64,000 bases of DNA from NCBI GenBank assembly GCA_964016885.1, contig OZ024757.1, forward strand, positions 7,812,001 through 7,876,000. Direction: 5' to 3'. Shown here one piece after another: positions 1 to 15,581 of this stretch. How positions within the stretch are numbered: the first letter of the stretch is position 1; every line of letters begins with the position of its first letter. The notes below the pieces were generated by a model. It did no database searches. It had not been told where the DNA came from and saw nothing but the letters and a program-made list of their open reading frames with translations. A program made the position numbers and the translations under genes. The stretch is from Eledone cirrhosa (taxonomy: Eukaryota).

Positions 1-3000
1 ACATCACACTACTATATACGGACACCACATTTCACTATATCACACCACACTACAGTATATCACATCACACTACACTATACCACACCGCACTACAGTATAT
101 CACACCACACTACAATATACCACAACACACTACAATATACCACATCACACCAATATACCACACCACACTACAATATATCACATCACACTACTATATATCA
201 CACCACACTACAATATATCACACCACACTACTATATATCACACCACACTACAATATATCACACCACACTACAATATACCACACCACACTTGACTATGCCA
301 CAACACTACTATATACCACACTACACTATACCACACTACTCTACAATATACCACACCAAACTACAATATATCACCCCACACTACAATATACCACATCACA
401 CTACAATATACTACACTACACTATACCACATCACACTACAATATACCACAGAACACTACAATATATCACCCACACTACAATATGTCACACCACACCACAA
501 TATATCCCACCAAACCACATTATAGTATACCACACCACACTACACTATATCACACCACACTACAATATGTCACACCACACTACAATATGACACACCACAC
601 TACATTATGCCACATCACACTACACTATATCACACCAAACTACACTATATCACAACACACTACAATAGACCAAATCACACTACATTATACCACACCACAC
701 TACACTATATCACATCACACTACTATATATCAGACCACACTACAATATATCACACCACACTACAATATACCACACCACACTACACTAAATCACACCACAC
801 TACAACATACCACAACACACTTCAATATATCACACCGCACTACATTATATCACACCAAACTACAATATATCCCACCACGTTACAATATATCACACTACAC
901 TACACTATATGACACCACACTACAGTATTCCACACCACACTACACTATTTCACATCACACTACCATATACCACACCTCTCTATAATATGCCACACAACAC
1001 TACAATATACCACACTAGACTATACCACACCACATTACAGTACATCCCACCACAGTATACCACACCACACTACAATATATCACACCACACTACACTATAA
1101 CACACCACACTACAAGATATCTCGCCACACTACAATATATCACTAACCCTACACTCTATCACACCACACTACAATATACAACATCAAACAACAATATACC
1201 ACATCACACTACAATATACCACACCACACTACAATATATCACATCACAGTACTATATATCACACCACACTACAGTATATGACATCACACTACAATATATC
1301 AAACCCCACTACAGTATATCACACCACACTACAATATATTACAACACACTACCATATATCACACCACACTAGATTATACCACACCGCACTACACTATATT
1401 ACACTACACTACACAATATCACAACACACTACAATATACCACACCACGCTACACTATATTAAACTATACTACAATATACCACACCAAACTAAAATATATC
1501 ACAACTCACTACACTATATAACACCACATTACAGTATACCACACCACACTACACTATATCACATGAAACTACTATATATCACACCACGCTACAGTATATG
1601 ACATCACACTACAATATACCACAACACACTACAATATACCATATCACACCAATATACCACACCACACTACAATATATCACATCACACTACTATATATCAC
1701 ACCACACTACAATATATCACACCACACTACAATATACCACACCACGCTTCACTATACCACAACACACTAAAATATATCACACCACACTATATAACACCAC
1801 ACTACTATATACCACACTACACTATATTACACTACTCTACAATATACCACACCAAACTACAATATATCACCCCACACTACAATATACCGCATCACACTAC
1901 AATATACTACACTACACTATACCACATCACACTACAATATACCACAGAACACTACAATATACCACCCACACTACAATATGTCACACCACACCACAATATA
2001 TCCCACCAAACCACATTACAGTATACCACACCACACTACACTATATCACACCACACTACAATATGTCACACCACACTACAATATAACACACCACACTACA
2101 TTATGCCACATCACTCTACACTATATCACACCAAACTACACTATATCACAACACACTACAATAGACCAAATCACACTACATTATACCACACCACACTACA
2201 CTATATCACATCACACTACTATATATCAGACCACACTACAATATATCACACCACACTACAATATACCACACCACACTACACTAAATCACACCACACTACA
2301 ACATACCACAACACACTTCAATATATCACACCACACTACACTATATCACACCAAACTACAATATATCCCACCACGTTACAATATATCACACTACACTACA
2401 CTATATGACACCACACTACAGTATTCCACACCACACTACAATATATCACATCACACTACCATATACCACACCTCTCTATAATATGCCACACAACACTACA
2501 ATATACCACACCACACTAGACTATACCACACCACATTACAGTACATCCCACCACAGTATACCACACCACACTACAACATATCACACAACACTACACTATA
2601 ACACACCACACTACAAGATATCTCGCCACACTACAATATATCACTAACACTACACTCTATCACACCACACTACAATATACAACATCAAACTACAATATAC
2701 CACATCACACTACAATATACCACACCACACTACAATATATCACATTACAGTACTATATATCACACCACACTACAGTATATGACATCACACTACAATATAT
2801 CAAACCACACTACAGTATATCACACCACACTACAATATATTTCAACACACTACCATATATCACACCACACTACATTATACCACACCGCACTACACTATAT
2901 TACACTACACTACACTATATCACAACACACTACAATATACCACACCACGCTACACTATATTAAACTATACTACAATATACCACACCAAACTAAAATATAT

Positions 3001-6000
3001 CACAACTCACTACACTATATTACAGTATACCACACCACACTACACTATATCACATGAAACTACTATATATCACACCACGCTACAGTTTATGACATCACAC
3101 TACAATATAACACACCATACTACAGTATATCACACCACACTAGAATATAGTACATCACACTACCATATATCACACCACACTACACTATAACACACCACAC
3201 TACACTGTATTACACTACACTACACTGTATCACAACACACTACAATATACCACACCACACTACACTATATTACACTACACTACAATATACCACACCACAT
3301 TAAAATATATCACAACACACTACACTATATCACACCACACTACAATATACCACACCAAACTACAATATATCACAACACACTACACTATATCACACCACAC
3401 TACAATATATCACACCGCACCACACTATATCATAGCACACTACAATACACCAAACCCTACTACAATATACCACACCACACTGCATTATGCCACATCACAC
3501 TGCAATATACCACACCACATTACAATATATCACACCACACTACAATATATCACACCACACTACAATATACCACATCCACTACAATATACCACACCACACA
3601 TCACTATATCACACCACACTACAATATACCACAACACACTACACTATACCACACCACACGACACTATATAACACCACATTACAATATACACCACACTATA
3701 ATATACTACACCACACTACAATATACCATACCACACTTCAATATATCACACCACACTACAATATAGCACAATACAATATATCACACTACAATATACCACA
3801 CCACACTACACTATATCAGACCACACTACAATATAGTACACCACACTACAATATACTACACCACACTACAATATACCACATCACACTACAATATACCAAA
3901 CCATATTACAATATATCGCACCACACTACAATATACTACAACACACTACAATATACCACACTACAATATAGCAGAACCCCAATACATTATTTCACATCAC
4001 ACTACACTATACCACACGACACTACAATATACCACACTACACTACAGTATACCACACCACAATACAATATATAACTCCACATTACAATAGATCACACCAC
4101 ACTACAATATACCACACCGCACTACAATATACCACATCAAACTACAAAATACTACACCAAACCACAATATATCACACCACACTATAATATACCACACCAC
4201 ACTACAATATACTACAACACACTACAACATAGCAGTACCACAATATATTATTTCACATCACACGACAATATATCCCACCACACTACACTATGACACACCA
4301 CACTACAAGATATCTCGCCACACTACAATATATCACAACACACTACACTCTATCACACCACACTACAATATACAACATCAAACTACAATATAACACATCA
4401 CACTACAATATACCACACCACACTACAATATATTACACCACACTACCATATATCACACCGCACTACATTATACCACACCACACTACAATATTTTACACTA
4501 CACTACACTATATCACAACACACTACAATATACCACACCAAACTAAAATATATCACAACTCACTACACTATATAACACCACACTACAGTATACCACAGCA
4601 CACTACACTATATCACATAACACTACTATATATCACACCACACTACAGTATATCACACCACACTACAATATAGCACATCACACTACCATATATCACACCA
4701 CATAACACTATACCTCACCATACTAGACTATATTACACTACACTACACTGTATCACAACACACTACAATATACCACACCACACTATACTATATTAAACTA
4801 CACTACAGTATACCACACCACAGTAAAATATATCACAACACGCTACACTATATCACACCACACTACAATATACCACACCAAACTACACTATATCACATCA
4901 CACTACCATATACCACACCTCTCTATAATATGCCACACAACACTACAATATACCACACTAGACTATACCACACCACATTACAGTACATCCCACCACAGTA
5001 TTCCACACCACACTACAATATATCACACCACACTACACTATAACACACCACACTACAAGATATCTCGCCACACTACAATATATCACGACACACTACACTC
5101 TATCACACCACACTACAATATACAACATCAAACTACAATATACCACATCACACTACAATATACCACACCACACTACAATATATCACACCGCACCACCCTA
5201 TATCATAGCACACTACAATATATCACACCGCACCACACTATATCATAGCACACTACAATACACCAAACCCCACTACAATATACCACACCACACTGCATTA
5301 TGCCACATCACACTGCAATATACCACACCACACTACAATATATCACACCACACTACACTATAACACACCACACTACAAGATATCTCGCCACACTACAATA
5401 TATCATAACACACTACACTCTATCACACCATACTACAATATACAACATCAAACTACAATATACCACATCACACTACAATATACCACACCACACTACAATA
5501 TATCACACCGCACCACACTATATCATAGCACACTACAATATATCACACCGCACCACACTATATCATAGCACACTACAATACACCAAACCCCACTACAATA
5601 TACCACACCACACTGCATTATGCCACATCACACTGCAATATACCACACCTCACTACAATATATCACACCACACTACAATATATCACAACACACTACAATA
5701 TACCACACCACACTATAATATACCACACCACACAACACTATATCACACTACACTACAATATACCACAACACACTACACTATACCAAACCACACGACACTT
5801 TATAACACTACAATATACTACACCACACTACAATATACTACACCACACTACAATATACCATACCACACTTCAATATATCACACCACACTACAATATAGCA
5901 CAATACAATATATCACACTACAATATACCACACCACACTACAATATATCACACCGCACCACACTATATGGTAGCACACTACAATATATCACACCGCACCA

Positions 6001-9000
6001 CACTATATCATAGCACACTACAATACACCAAACCCCACTACAATATACCACACCACACTGCATTATGCCACATCACACTGCAATATACCACACCACACTA
6101 CAATATATCACACCACACTACACTATAACACACCACACTACAAGATATCTCGCCACACTACAATATATCACAACACACTACACTCTATCACACCACACTA
6201 CAATATACAACATCAAACTACAATATACCACATCACACTACAATATACCACACCACACTACAATATACCACACCACACTACAATATATCACACCGCACCA
6301 CACTATATCATAGCACACTACAATATATCACACCGCACCACACTATATCATAGCACACTACAATACACCAAACCCCACTACAATATACCACACCACACTG
6401 CATTATGCCACATCACACTGCAATATACCACACCACACTACAATATATCACACCACACTACAATATATCACAACACACTACAATATACCACACCACACTA
6501 TAATATACCACACCACACAACACTATATCACACCACACTACAATATACCACAACACACTACACTATACCAAACCACATGACACTATATAACACCACACTA
6601 CAATATACTACACCACACTACAATATACTACACCACACTACAATATAACATACCACACTTCAATATAGCACAATACAATATATCACACTACAATATACCA
6701 CACCACACTACACTATATCAGACCACACTACAATATATCACACCACACTACAATATACCACACCACACTACAATATACCACACCACACAACACTATATCA
6801 CACCACACTACAATATATCGCACCACACTACAATATACTACAACACACTACAATATAGCAGAACCCCAACGCATTATTTCACATCGCACTACACTATACC
6901 ACACAACACTACAATATACCACACTACACTACAGTGTACCAAACCACAATACAATATATCACACCACACTACAATATACCACACCACACTACAATATACC
7001 ACATCAAACTACAAAATACTACACCAAATCACAATATATCACACCACCCTATATTATACCACACCACATTACAGTATACCACACCACACTACAATATATC
7101 ACACCACACTACAATATATCACACTACACTACAATATACCACACCACACTACAATATATCACACCACACTACAATATTCCACTCCACACTACACTATACC
7201 ACACGACACTACAATATACTGCAACACATTATAATATAGCAGTACCACAATACATTATTTCACACCACACTACACTATAACACACCACACTACAAGATAT
7301 CTCGCCACACTACAACATATCACAACACACTAGACTCTATCACACCACACTACAATATACAACATCAAACTACAATATACCACATCACACGACAATATAT
7401 TACACCACACGACCATATATCACACCACACTACATTATACCACACCACACTACAATATATTACACTACACTACACTATATCACAACACACTACAATATAC
7501 CACACCACGCTACACTATATAACACCACACTACAGTATACCACACCACACTACACTATATCACATGACACTACTATATATCACACCACACTACAGTATAT
7601 GATATCACACTACAATATAACACACCATACTACAGTATATCACACCACACTACAATATAGCACATCACACTACCATATATCACACCACACTACACTATAC
7701 CACACAACACTACACTATATTACACTACACTACACTGTATCACAACACACTACAATATACCACACCACGCTACAATATATAACACCACACTACACTATAT
7801 AACACCACACTACAGTATACCACACCACACTACACTATATCACATGACACTACTATGTATCACACCACACTACAGTATATGATATCACACTACAATATAA
7901 CACAACATACTACAGTATATCACACCACACTACAATATAGCACATCACAGTACCATATATCACAACACAGTACACTATACCACACCACACTACACTATAT
8001 TACACTACACTACACTGTATCACACCACACTACACTATACCACACCACATTACATAATATTACACTACACTACAATATACCACACCACAGTAAAATATAT
8101 CACAGCACACTACACTATATCACACCACACTACAATATACCACACCACACTGCATTGTGCCACATCACACTACACTATACCACACCACACTACAATATAT
8201 CACACCACACTACAATATATCACACCACACTACAATATATCACACCACACTACAATATACCACACCACACAACAATATATCACACCATACTACAATATAC
8301 TACAACACACTACACTATACCACACCACACGACACTATATAACACCACACTACAATATACTACACCACACTACAATATACTACACCACACTACAATATAC
8401 CATACCACACTTCAATATATCACACCACACTACAATATAGCACAATACAATATATCACACTACAATATACCACACCACACTACAATATATCACACCACAC
8501 TACAATATAACACACCACACTACAATATACTAGACCACACTACAATATACCACACTACAATAGAGCAGAACCCCAATACATTATTTCACATCACACTACA
8601 ATATATCACACCACACTACAATATACCACACCACACTACGATATATCACACCACACTACAATATACCACTCCACACTACAATATACTACACTACACTACA
8701 ATATACCACATCACACTACAATATACCAAACCACACTACACTATACCACACCACACTACAATATACTACAACACACTACAATATAGCAGAACCACAATAC
8801 ATTATTTCACATCACACTACACTATACCACGCGACACTACAATATACCACACCACACTACAGTATACCACACCACAATACAATATATCACACCACACTAC
8901 AATATATCACATCACACTACACTATATCACACCGCACTACAATATATCACACCAAACTATACTATATCACAACACACTACAATATACCATATCCCACTAC

Positions 9001-12000
9001 AATATACCACATCACACTACAAAATAATACACCAAACTACAATATATCACAGCACACTATAATATACCACAACACATCACACTATACCACACCACACTAC
9101 AATATATCACACCACACTACAATGTATCACACCACACTACAATATATCACACCACACTACAATATATCACACCACACTACAATATACCAAACTACACTAC
9201 AATATATCACACCACACTACGCTATATCACAACCTACTACAATATATCACATCACACAACATATATCACATCACACTACACTATATCACAGCACACTTCA
9301 CTATACCACACCACAGTACAATATATCACACCACACTACACTATATAACACCACACTACTATATACCACACCACACTACAATATACCACACTACATTGTA
9401 TTACAACCTACTACAATATATCACATCACTCTACACTATATCACATCACACTAAAATATATCACATCACACTTCACTATACCACACCACACTACAATATA
9501 CCACACCACACTACACTATATAACATCATACTACTATATAGCACACCACACCCACAATATACCACATCACACTACAATATACCACACCACACTACAATAT
9601 ACTACAACAGGTACAGTATACCACACCCACAATATACCACATCACACTACAATATATCACACCACACTACCATATAGCCCACCACACCACATTACAGTAT
9701 ACCACACCACACTACACTATATCACACCACACTACAATATACCACACCACACTACAATATATCACACCACACTACAATATATCACGCTGAACTACACTAT
9801 ATCACATCGCACGACAATATAGCACACCGCCCTACAATATACCACACCACACTGCAATATGCCACATCACACTACAATATGCCACACCACACCACACCAC
9901 ACTAAAATATACTACCCCACACTAAAATATACTACATCGCACTACAATATACCAAACTACAATACAATATATCAATACACTACAATATGCTACACCACAC
10001 TACAATATACCACACTACAATATAGCAGACCACAATACATTATTTCACATCACACTACATTATACCACACCACACTACAATATACCACACCACACTACGT
10101 ATACCACACCACACAACACTATATCACACCACACTACATTATATCTCACCACAATACAATATTCCACTCCACATTACAACATATCAAACCACACTACAAT
10201 ATACCACACCATACTACAATATATCACACCACACTAGAATATATCACACCACATTTCAGTATATCACACCAGACTACAATATATAACACCAGGCTACAAT
10301 ATATCACACTACAATATACCACATTAGACTATATCACAACTACTACAATATTTCACATCACACTACACTATATCACACTACACTACAATATATCACACCA
10401 CACTACACTATACCACACCACACTACAATATATCACACCGCACTACAATATATCACATCACACTACACTATATCACACCGCACTACAGTATATCACACCA
10501 AACTCTACTATATCACAACACACTACAATATACCACATCCCACTACAATATACCACACCACACTACACTGTATCACATCACAATACTAGATATCACGCCA
10601 CACTACAGTATATCACACGACACTACATTATACCACACCACACTACACTAAATCACACCACACTACACCAAGACACACCACACAGCCATTTATCACACCA
10701 CACTACACTATATCACACCACACTACAATATATCCCACCACGCTACAATATATCACACTACAGTACACTATATCACACCACACTACAGTATACCACACCA
10801 CACTACACTATATCACATCACACTACCACATACCACACCTCACTAAAATATGCGACACCACACTACAATATACTACACCACACTACAATATACCATACCA
10901 CACTACAATATGTCAGAACACACTACAAGATACCACACTACAATATATCAGACTACAATATACCACACGACATTACAATACACCAAACCACACTACAATA
11001 TATCGCAACATACTACAATATACCACACTATAATATAGTAGACCACAATACATTATTTCACATCACACTACTCTATACCACACCACACTAAAATATATCA
11101 CAGCACACTTCACTATACCACACCACACCACACTACAATATACCACACCACACTACACTATATAACACCATACTGCTATATAGCACACCACACCCACAAT
11201 ATACCACATCACACTACAATATCGCAGCACACTTCACTATACCACACCACAGTACAATATATCTCACCACACTACACTATATAACACCACACTACTATAT
11301 ACCACACCACACTACAATTTACCACACCACACTACAATATACCACACCACACTACACTATATAACACCATAATACTGTATAGCACACCACACCCACAATA
11401 TACCCCATCACACTAGAATATACCACACCACACTACAATATGTCACACCACACTACCATATAGCCCACCACACCACATTACAGTATACCACACCATACTA
11501 CACTATATCACACCACACTACAATATACCACACCACACTACAATATATCACACCACACTACAATATATCACGCTGCACTACACTATAATACATCGCACGA
11601 CAATATACCACACCACACTACAATATACCACACCACACTACGATATGCTACATCACACTACAATATACAACACCACACCACAATATATCACACCACACTA
11701 CAATATACCACACCACACTACACTATACCACACCACACTAAACTATATCACACCACAATACAATATACTTCACCACACTACAATATACAATACCACACTA
11801 CAATATATCACACGACATTACAATATGCCACACCACACCGCATCACATTAAAATATACTACCCCACACTAAAATATACTACATCGCACTACAATATACCA
11901 CACCACAATACAATATATCAAACCACACTACAATATACTACACCACACTACAATATACCACACTACAATATAGCAGACCACAATACATTATTTCACATCA

Positions 12001-13443
12001 CACTACATTATACCACACCACACTACAATATGCCACGCCACACTACGTATACCACACCACACAACACTATATCACACCACGCTACATTATATCTCACCAC
12101 AATACAATATTCCACTCCACATTACAATATATCAAACCACACTACAATATACCACACCACACTACAATATATCACACCACACTACAATATACGTCACCAT
12201 ACTACAATATATCACACCACACTATAATATATCACACCACATTTCAGTATATCACACCAGACTACAATATATAATACCACGCTACAATATATCACACTAC
12301 AATATATCACATTAGACTATATCACAACTACTACAATATTTCACATCACACTACACTATACCACACCACACTACAATATATCACACCGCACTACAATATA
12401 TCACATCACACTACACTATATCACACCGCACTACACTATATCACACCAAACTATACTATATCACAATACACTACAATATATCACATCCCACTACAATATA
12501 CCACACCACACTACACTATATCTCATCACACTACACTACAATATATCACACCACACTACACTATACCACACCACACTACAATATATCACACCACCCTACA
12601 ATATATCACATCACACTACACTATATCACACCGCACTACAATATATCACACCAAACTATACTATATCACAACACACTACCACATACCACACCTCACTAAA
12701 ATATACTACACCACACTACAATATACCATACCACACTACAATATATCACACCACACTACAGTATATCACACCACACTAGAATATACCGCACCACTACCAT
12801 ATATCACACCAGACTACACTATTCGACACCACACTACACTACACTATATCACAACACACTACAAAATACCACACGACACTACACTATATCACATCACACT
12901 ACCACATCCCACACCTCACTAAAATATGCCACACCACACTACAATATACCAAACTACACTACAATATACTACACCGCACTACAATATATCACACCACACT
13001 ACACTATAACACACCACACTTCAATATACCACATCACACTACAATACACCACATCACACTACAATATACCACACCACACTACACTATATCACATCACACT
13101 ACTATATATCACAGCACACTACAGTATATCACACCATACTACCATATACCACACCACACTACGATATATCACACCAGACTACACTATACCACACCACAGT
13201 ACACTATATTACACTACACTATATCAAAACACACTACAAAATACCACACCACACAACAATATATTACACTACACTACAATATACCACACCACACTAAAAT
13301 ATATCACACCACACTACACTATATCACACTACAATACAATATACCACACCACACTTCAATATGCCACATCACACTACAATATACCACACCACACTACAAT
13401 ATATCACACCACACTACAATATATCACAACACACTACAATATA
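1..13443. repeat. Pentamer-based (ACACC/ACACT/ACAAT/ATATC) ~20-bp satellite with higher-order duplications
   Basis: Continuous degenerate ACACCACACTACAATATATC array, almost G-free on +; near-identical translated blocks recur at 482/1978 (offset 1496) and 5300/6065 (offset 765). The H/T/Y/I-rich ORFs are artefacts of the repeat. Confidence 0.97.
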
Positions 13444-14262
13444 GCCGGCCAAAATGGCGACAAGGAAGGTTGCTTGACCACGTCTTGACCAAACAAAATA
13501 TAATATTTTCACCAAAAACTGCCCTTTAAACACATGTCAGATGGATTACAATATTCATTATTACAATTACTTTGACTGTTCCCTGACAACTAGTACCAGT
13601 TTCAAGATAGAATTATCTTAACGAAGTATATAGAATTTGACTTGATTTTCCCCCAACAAACCACGTGTGGACAGGGACGTGGAAAAAAGGAAAAAAAACA
13701 AAACAAATCACTACATCCCTTAAGGATCGCAGTAAGTACTCCACAAAACATATAAACAACAATATACACACAGATTTATATACAGATATATACCATATGC
13801 ATATACACACACGTGAAAAGAAACCACACTATTTCGTGGGAGAAAACCGGCCAAGTTTACCAATTTACATTGGTAAAATATTTCTTAACATTGACTTCGC
13901 TTCTAACCCACATACACCTTTTAATTATATATATATATATACTAGCAGCTGAAAGTTAATAATTTGAAAAAAAAAATATTATTGAAAGTTTATTATAAAG
14001 AAGCAGTATCAGCGGAAAAAAAAAACAAAAAAAAACGTTATTTCGCTGTTAATAAACTGTTGCCTTCTACAGTACGTTTCATTTAACTTACGCAGCATAT
14101 TTATTTGTTTACATGCACAGACTCTTCTGTACACACACAACATTTAGGAAAACGGAAACAAAATACACAAAAAAAAAACAAAACAAAAAAAACAGACATT
14201 TTATTTCTATCGTAATCAAGTGCACTAAACCTATATTGTTTACAATCTGTGTTTTTCTACGG

Positions 14263-15500
14263 ATGGGTAGAAATAACAAAATTGCCATGGTGATATCCAT
14301 CGGTGAAATTTGCAACAAAACCGGTCGATGTCCCAAAATAGAACATTGCCCAGAAAATCACATCTGCCATATCTGTACGGAACCCTAAAACTCGTTCCGT
14401 AATCGCTGGGTCGAATGTGGAACCTGGCACATCTATGTCTGCCTTCAATGCGCCACAGGCTTCCGGGGGATCCCAGGCCAAAAAAAGAGACATCATAATG
14501 CTATGATGGATGGAATCTGGGAGATGGTCCAGCTAAAATCTTGGTCCTTTCAGTGCCTGGACTGTATGCCTGCCTCCACTAATGTTATTGAAAAACAACA
14601 ACAACAACAACAGCAACCGATGACTGTATCTCCCTCCACCATTGTTACTGAACAACTGCAAAAACCTATGACACTGGCTTCTGCTGCTATTCCTGTGGGA
14701 TAACATCAGAAACAACAACAACCCATGTCTTCCACTCCCAGTACATCTCGACACCAACAACCGGCGGCTGAGTCTTCCCCTACCATTCCTGTGGAGGAAC
14801 ATCATCATCATCACCACCACCACCACCACCACCACCAACAATAACAACAACAACAGCAGCAAACAACAACAACCGACCAGTACAGATTTTGCAGAATTGC
14901 AACCAATGATTTCTGCTTTAAGAAGGGAAGTAATAGGAATAAAGGCAAGCATTCGGGTAGGACCCCACAATGAGGGGTCTTATCGGAATGCCTTGCTAAA
15001 GAATCTCCCTGTACCTCTTGCCGCATCTGAGCACACTGAGAAGACTGCGGAATCTGCTACCCATGAAGTAATTGCCATTGGGGTACCAGAGGACAAAGCT
15101 GATCTTCAGGCATTTGCTGCCAGCTCAGCCAAAGACCTAGGCTGTGTTCCCCCAAAGGGTGCTCTCCGCCTTGGTCGACCTCGTCCAAAACTAAACTCAT
15201 CAGGCTGTCTTTTTCGGACCCCGCTGAGGCAATATCATACCATCTGGCCTCTGTTAAAGCTGGGAGTGAAAATCGGATTACCTTCTGAACACACCCAGGC
15301 CTACCACCCCATGTACGTCGAAAGCTACGTGCTGCAGCTTCCTTGAATCGGAACTAAGCACAACATGAAAGTTTTAGTCTGCGTGATGATGGGCAGATCT
15401 AGAGGTTTGTTAAGGCTGGTGAAACGTGGAAGAGAGATACCAGCAGGTCTGAGTGTGCTCTACCCACAATAACTAGCAATGAAAAAAAACTGCAACAACT
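14263..15500 (+). pseudogene. LINE ORF1 remnant: Cys-rich zinc finger, Gln/His-rich linker, coiled coil, RRM-like region
   Basis: Reading through TAA 14386 gives CHIC..ECGTW..CLQC..FQCLDC; later AELQPMISALRREV and VIAIGVPE...LRLGR, typical of CR1/L2 ORF1; several stops and frameshifts. Confidence 0.7.
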
Positions 15501-15581
15501 CTGGGAAACTAAACCAGAACAACCTGCCACCCTCTACACACCATCATAAACTATAAGCAGGGTACAAATTGTTGTCCTTAA

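Noticed and set aside
289-12227. Many H/T/Y/I-rich ORFs up to 410 aa
   Set aside because: Translations of a G-poor satellite that rarely forms stops; open in overlapping frames with no domain.
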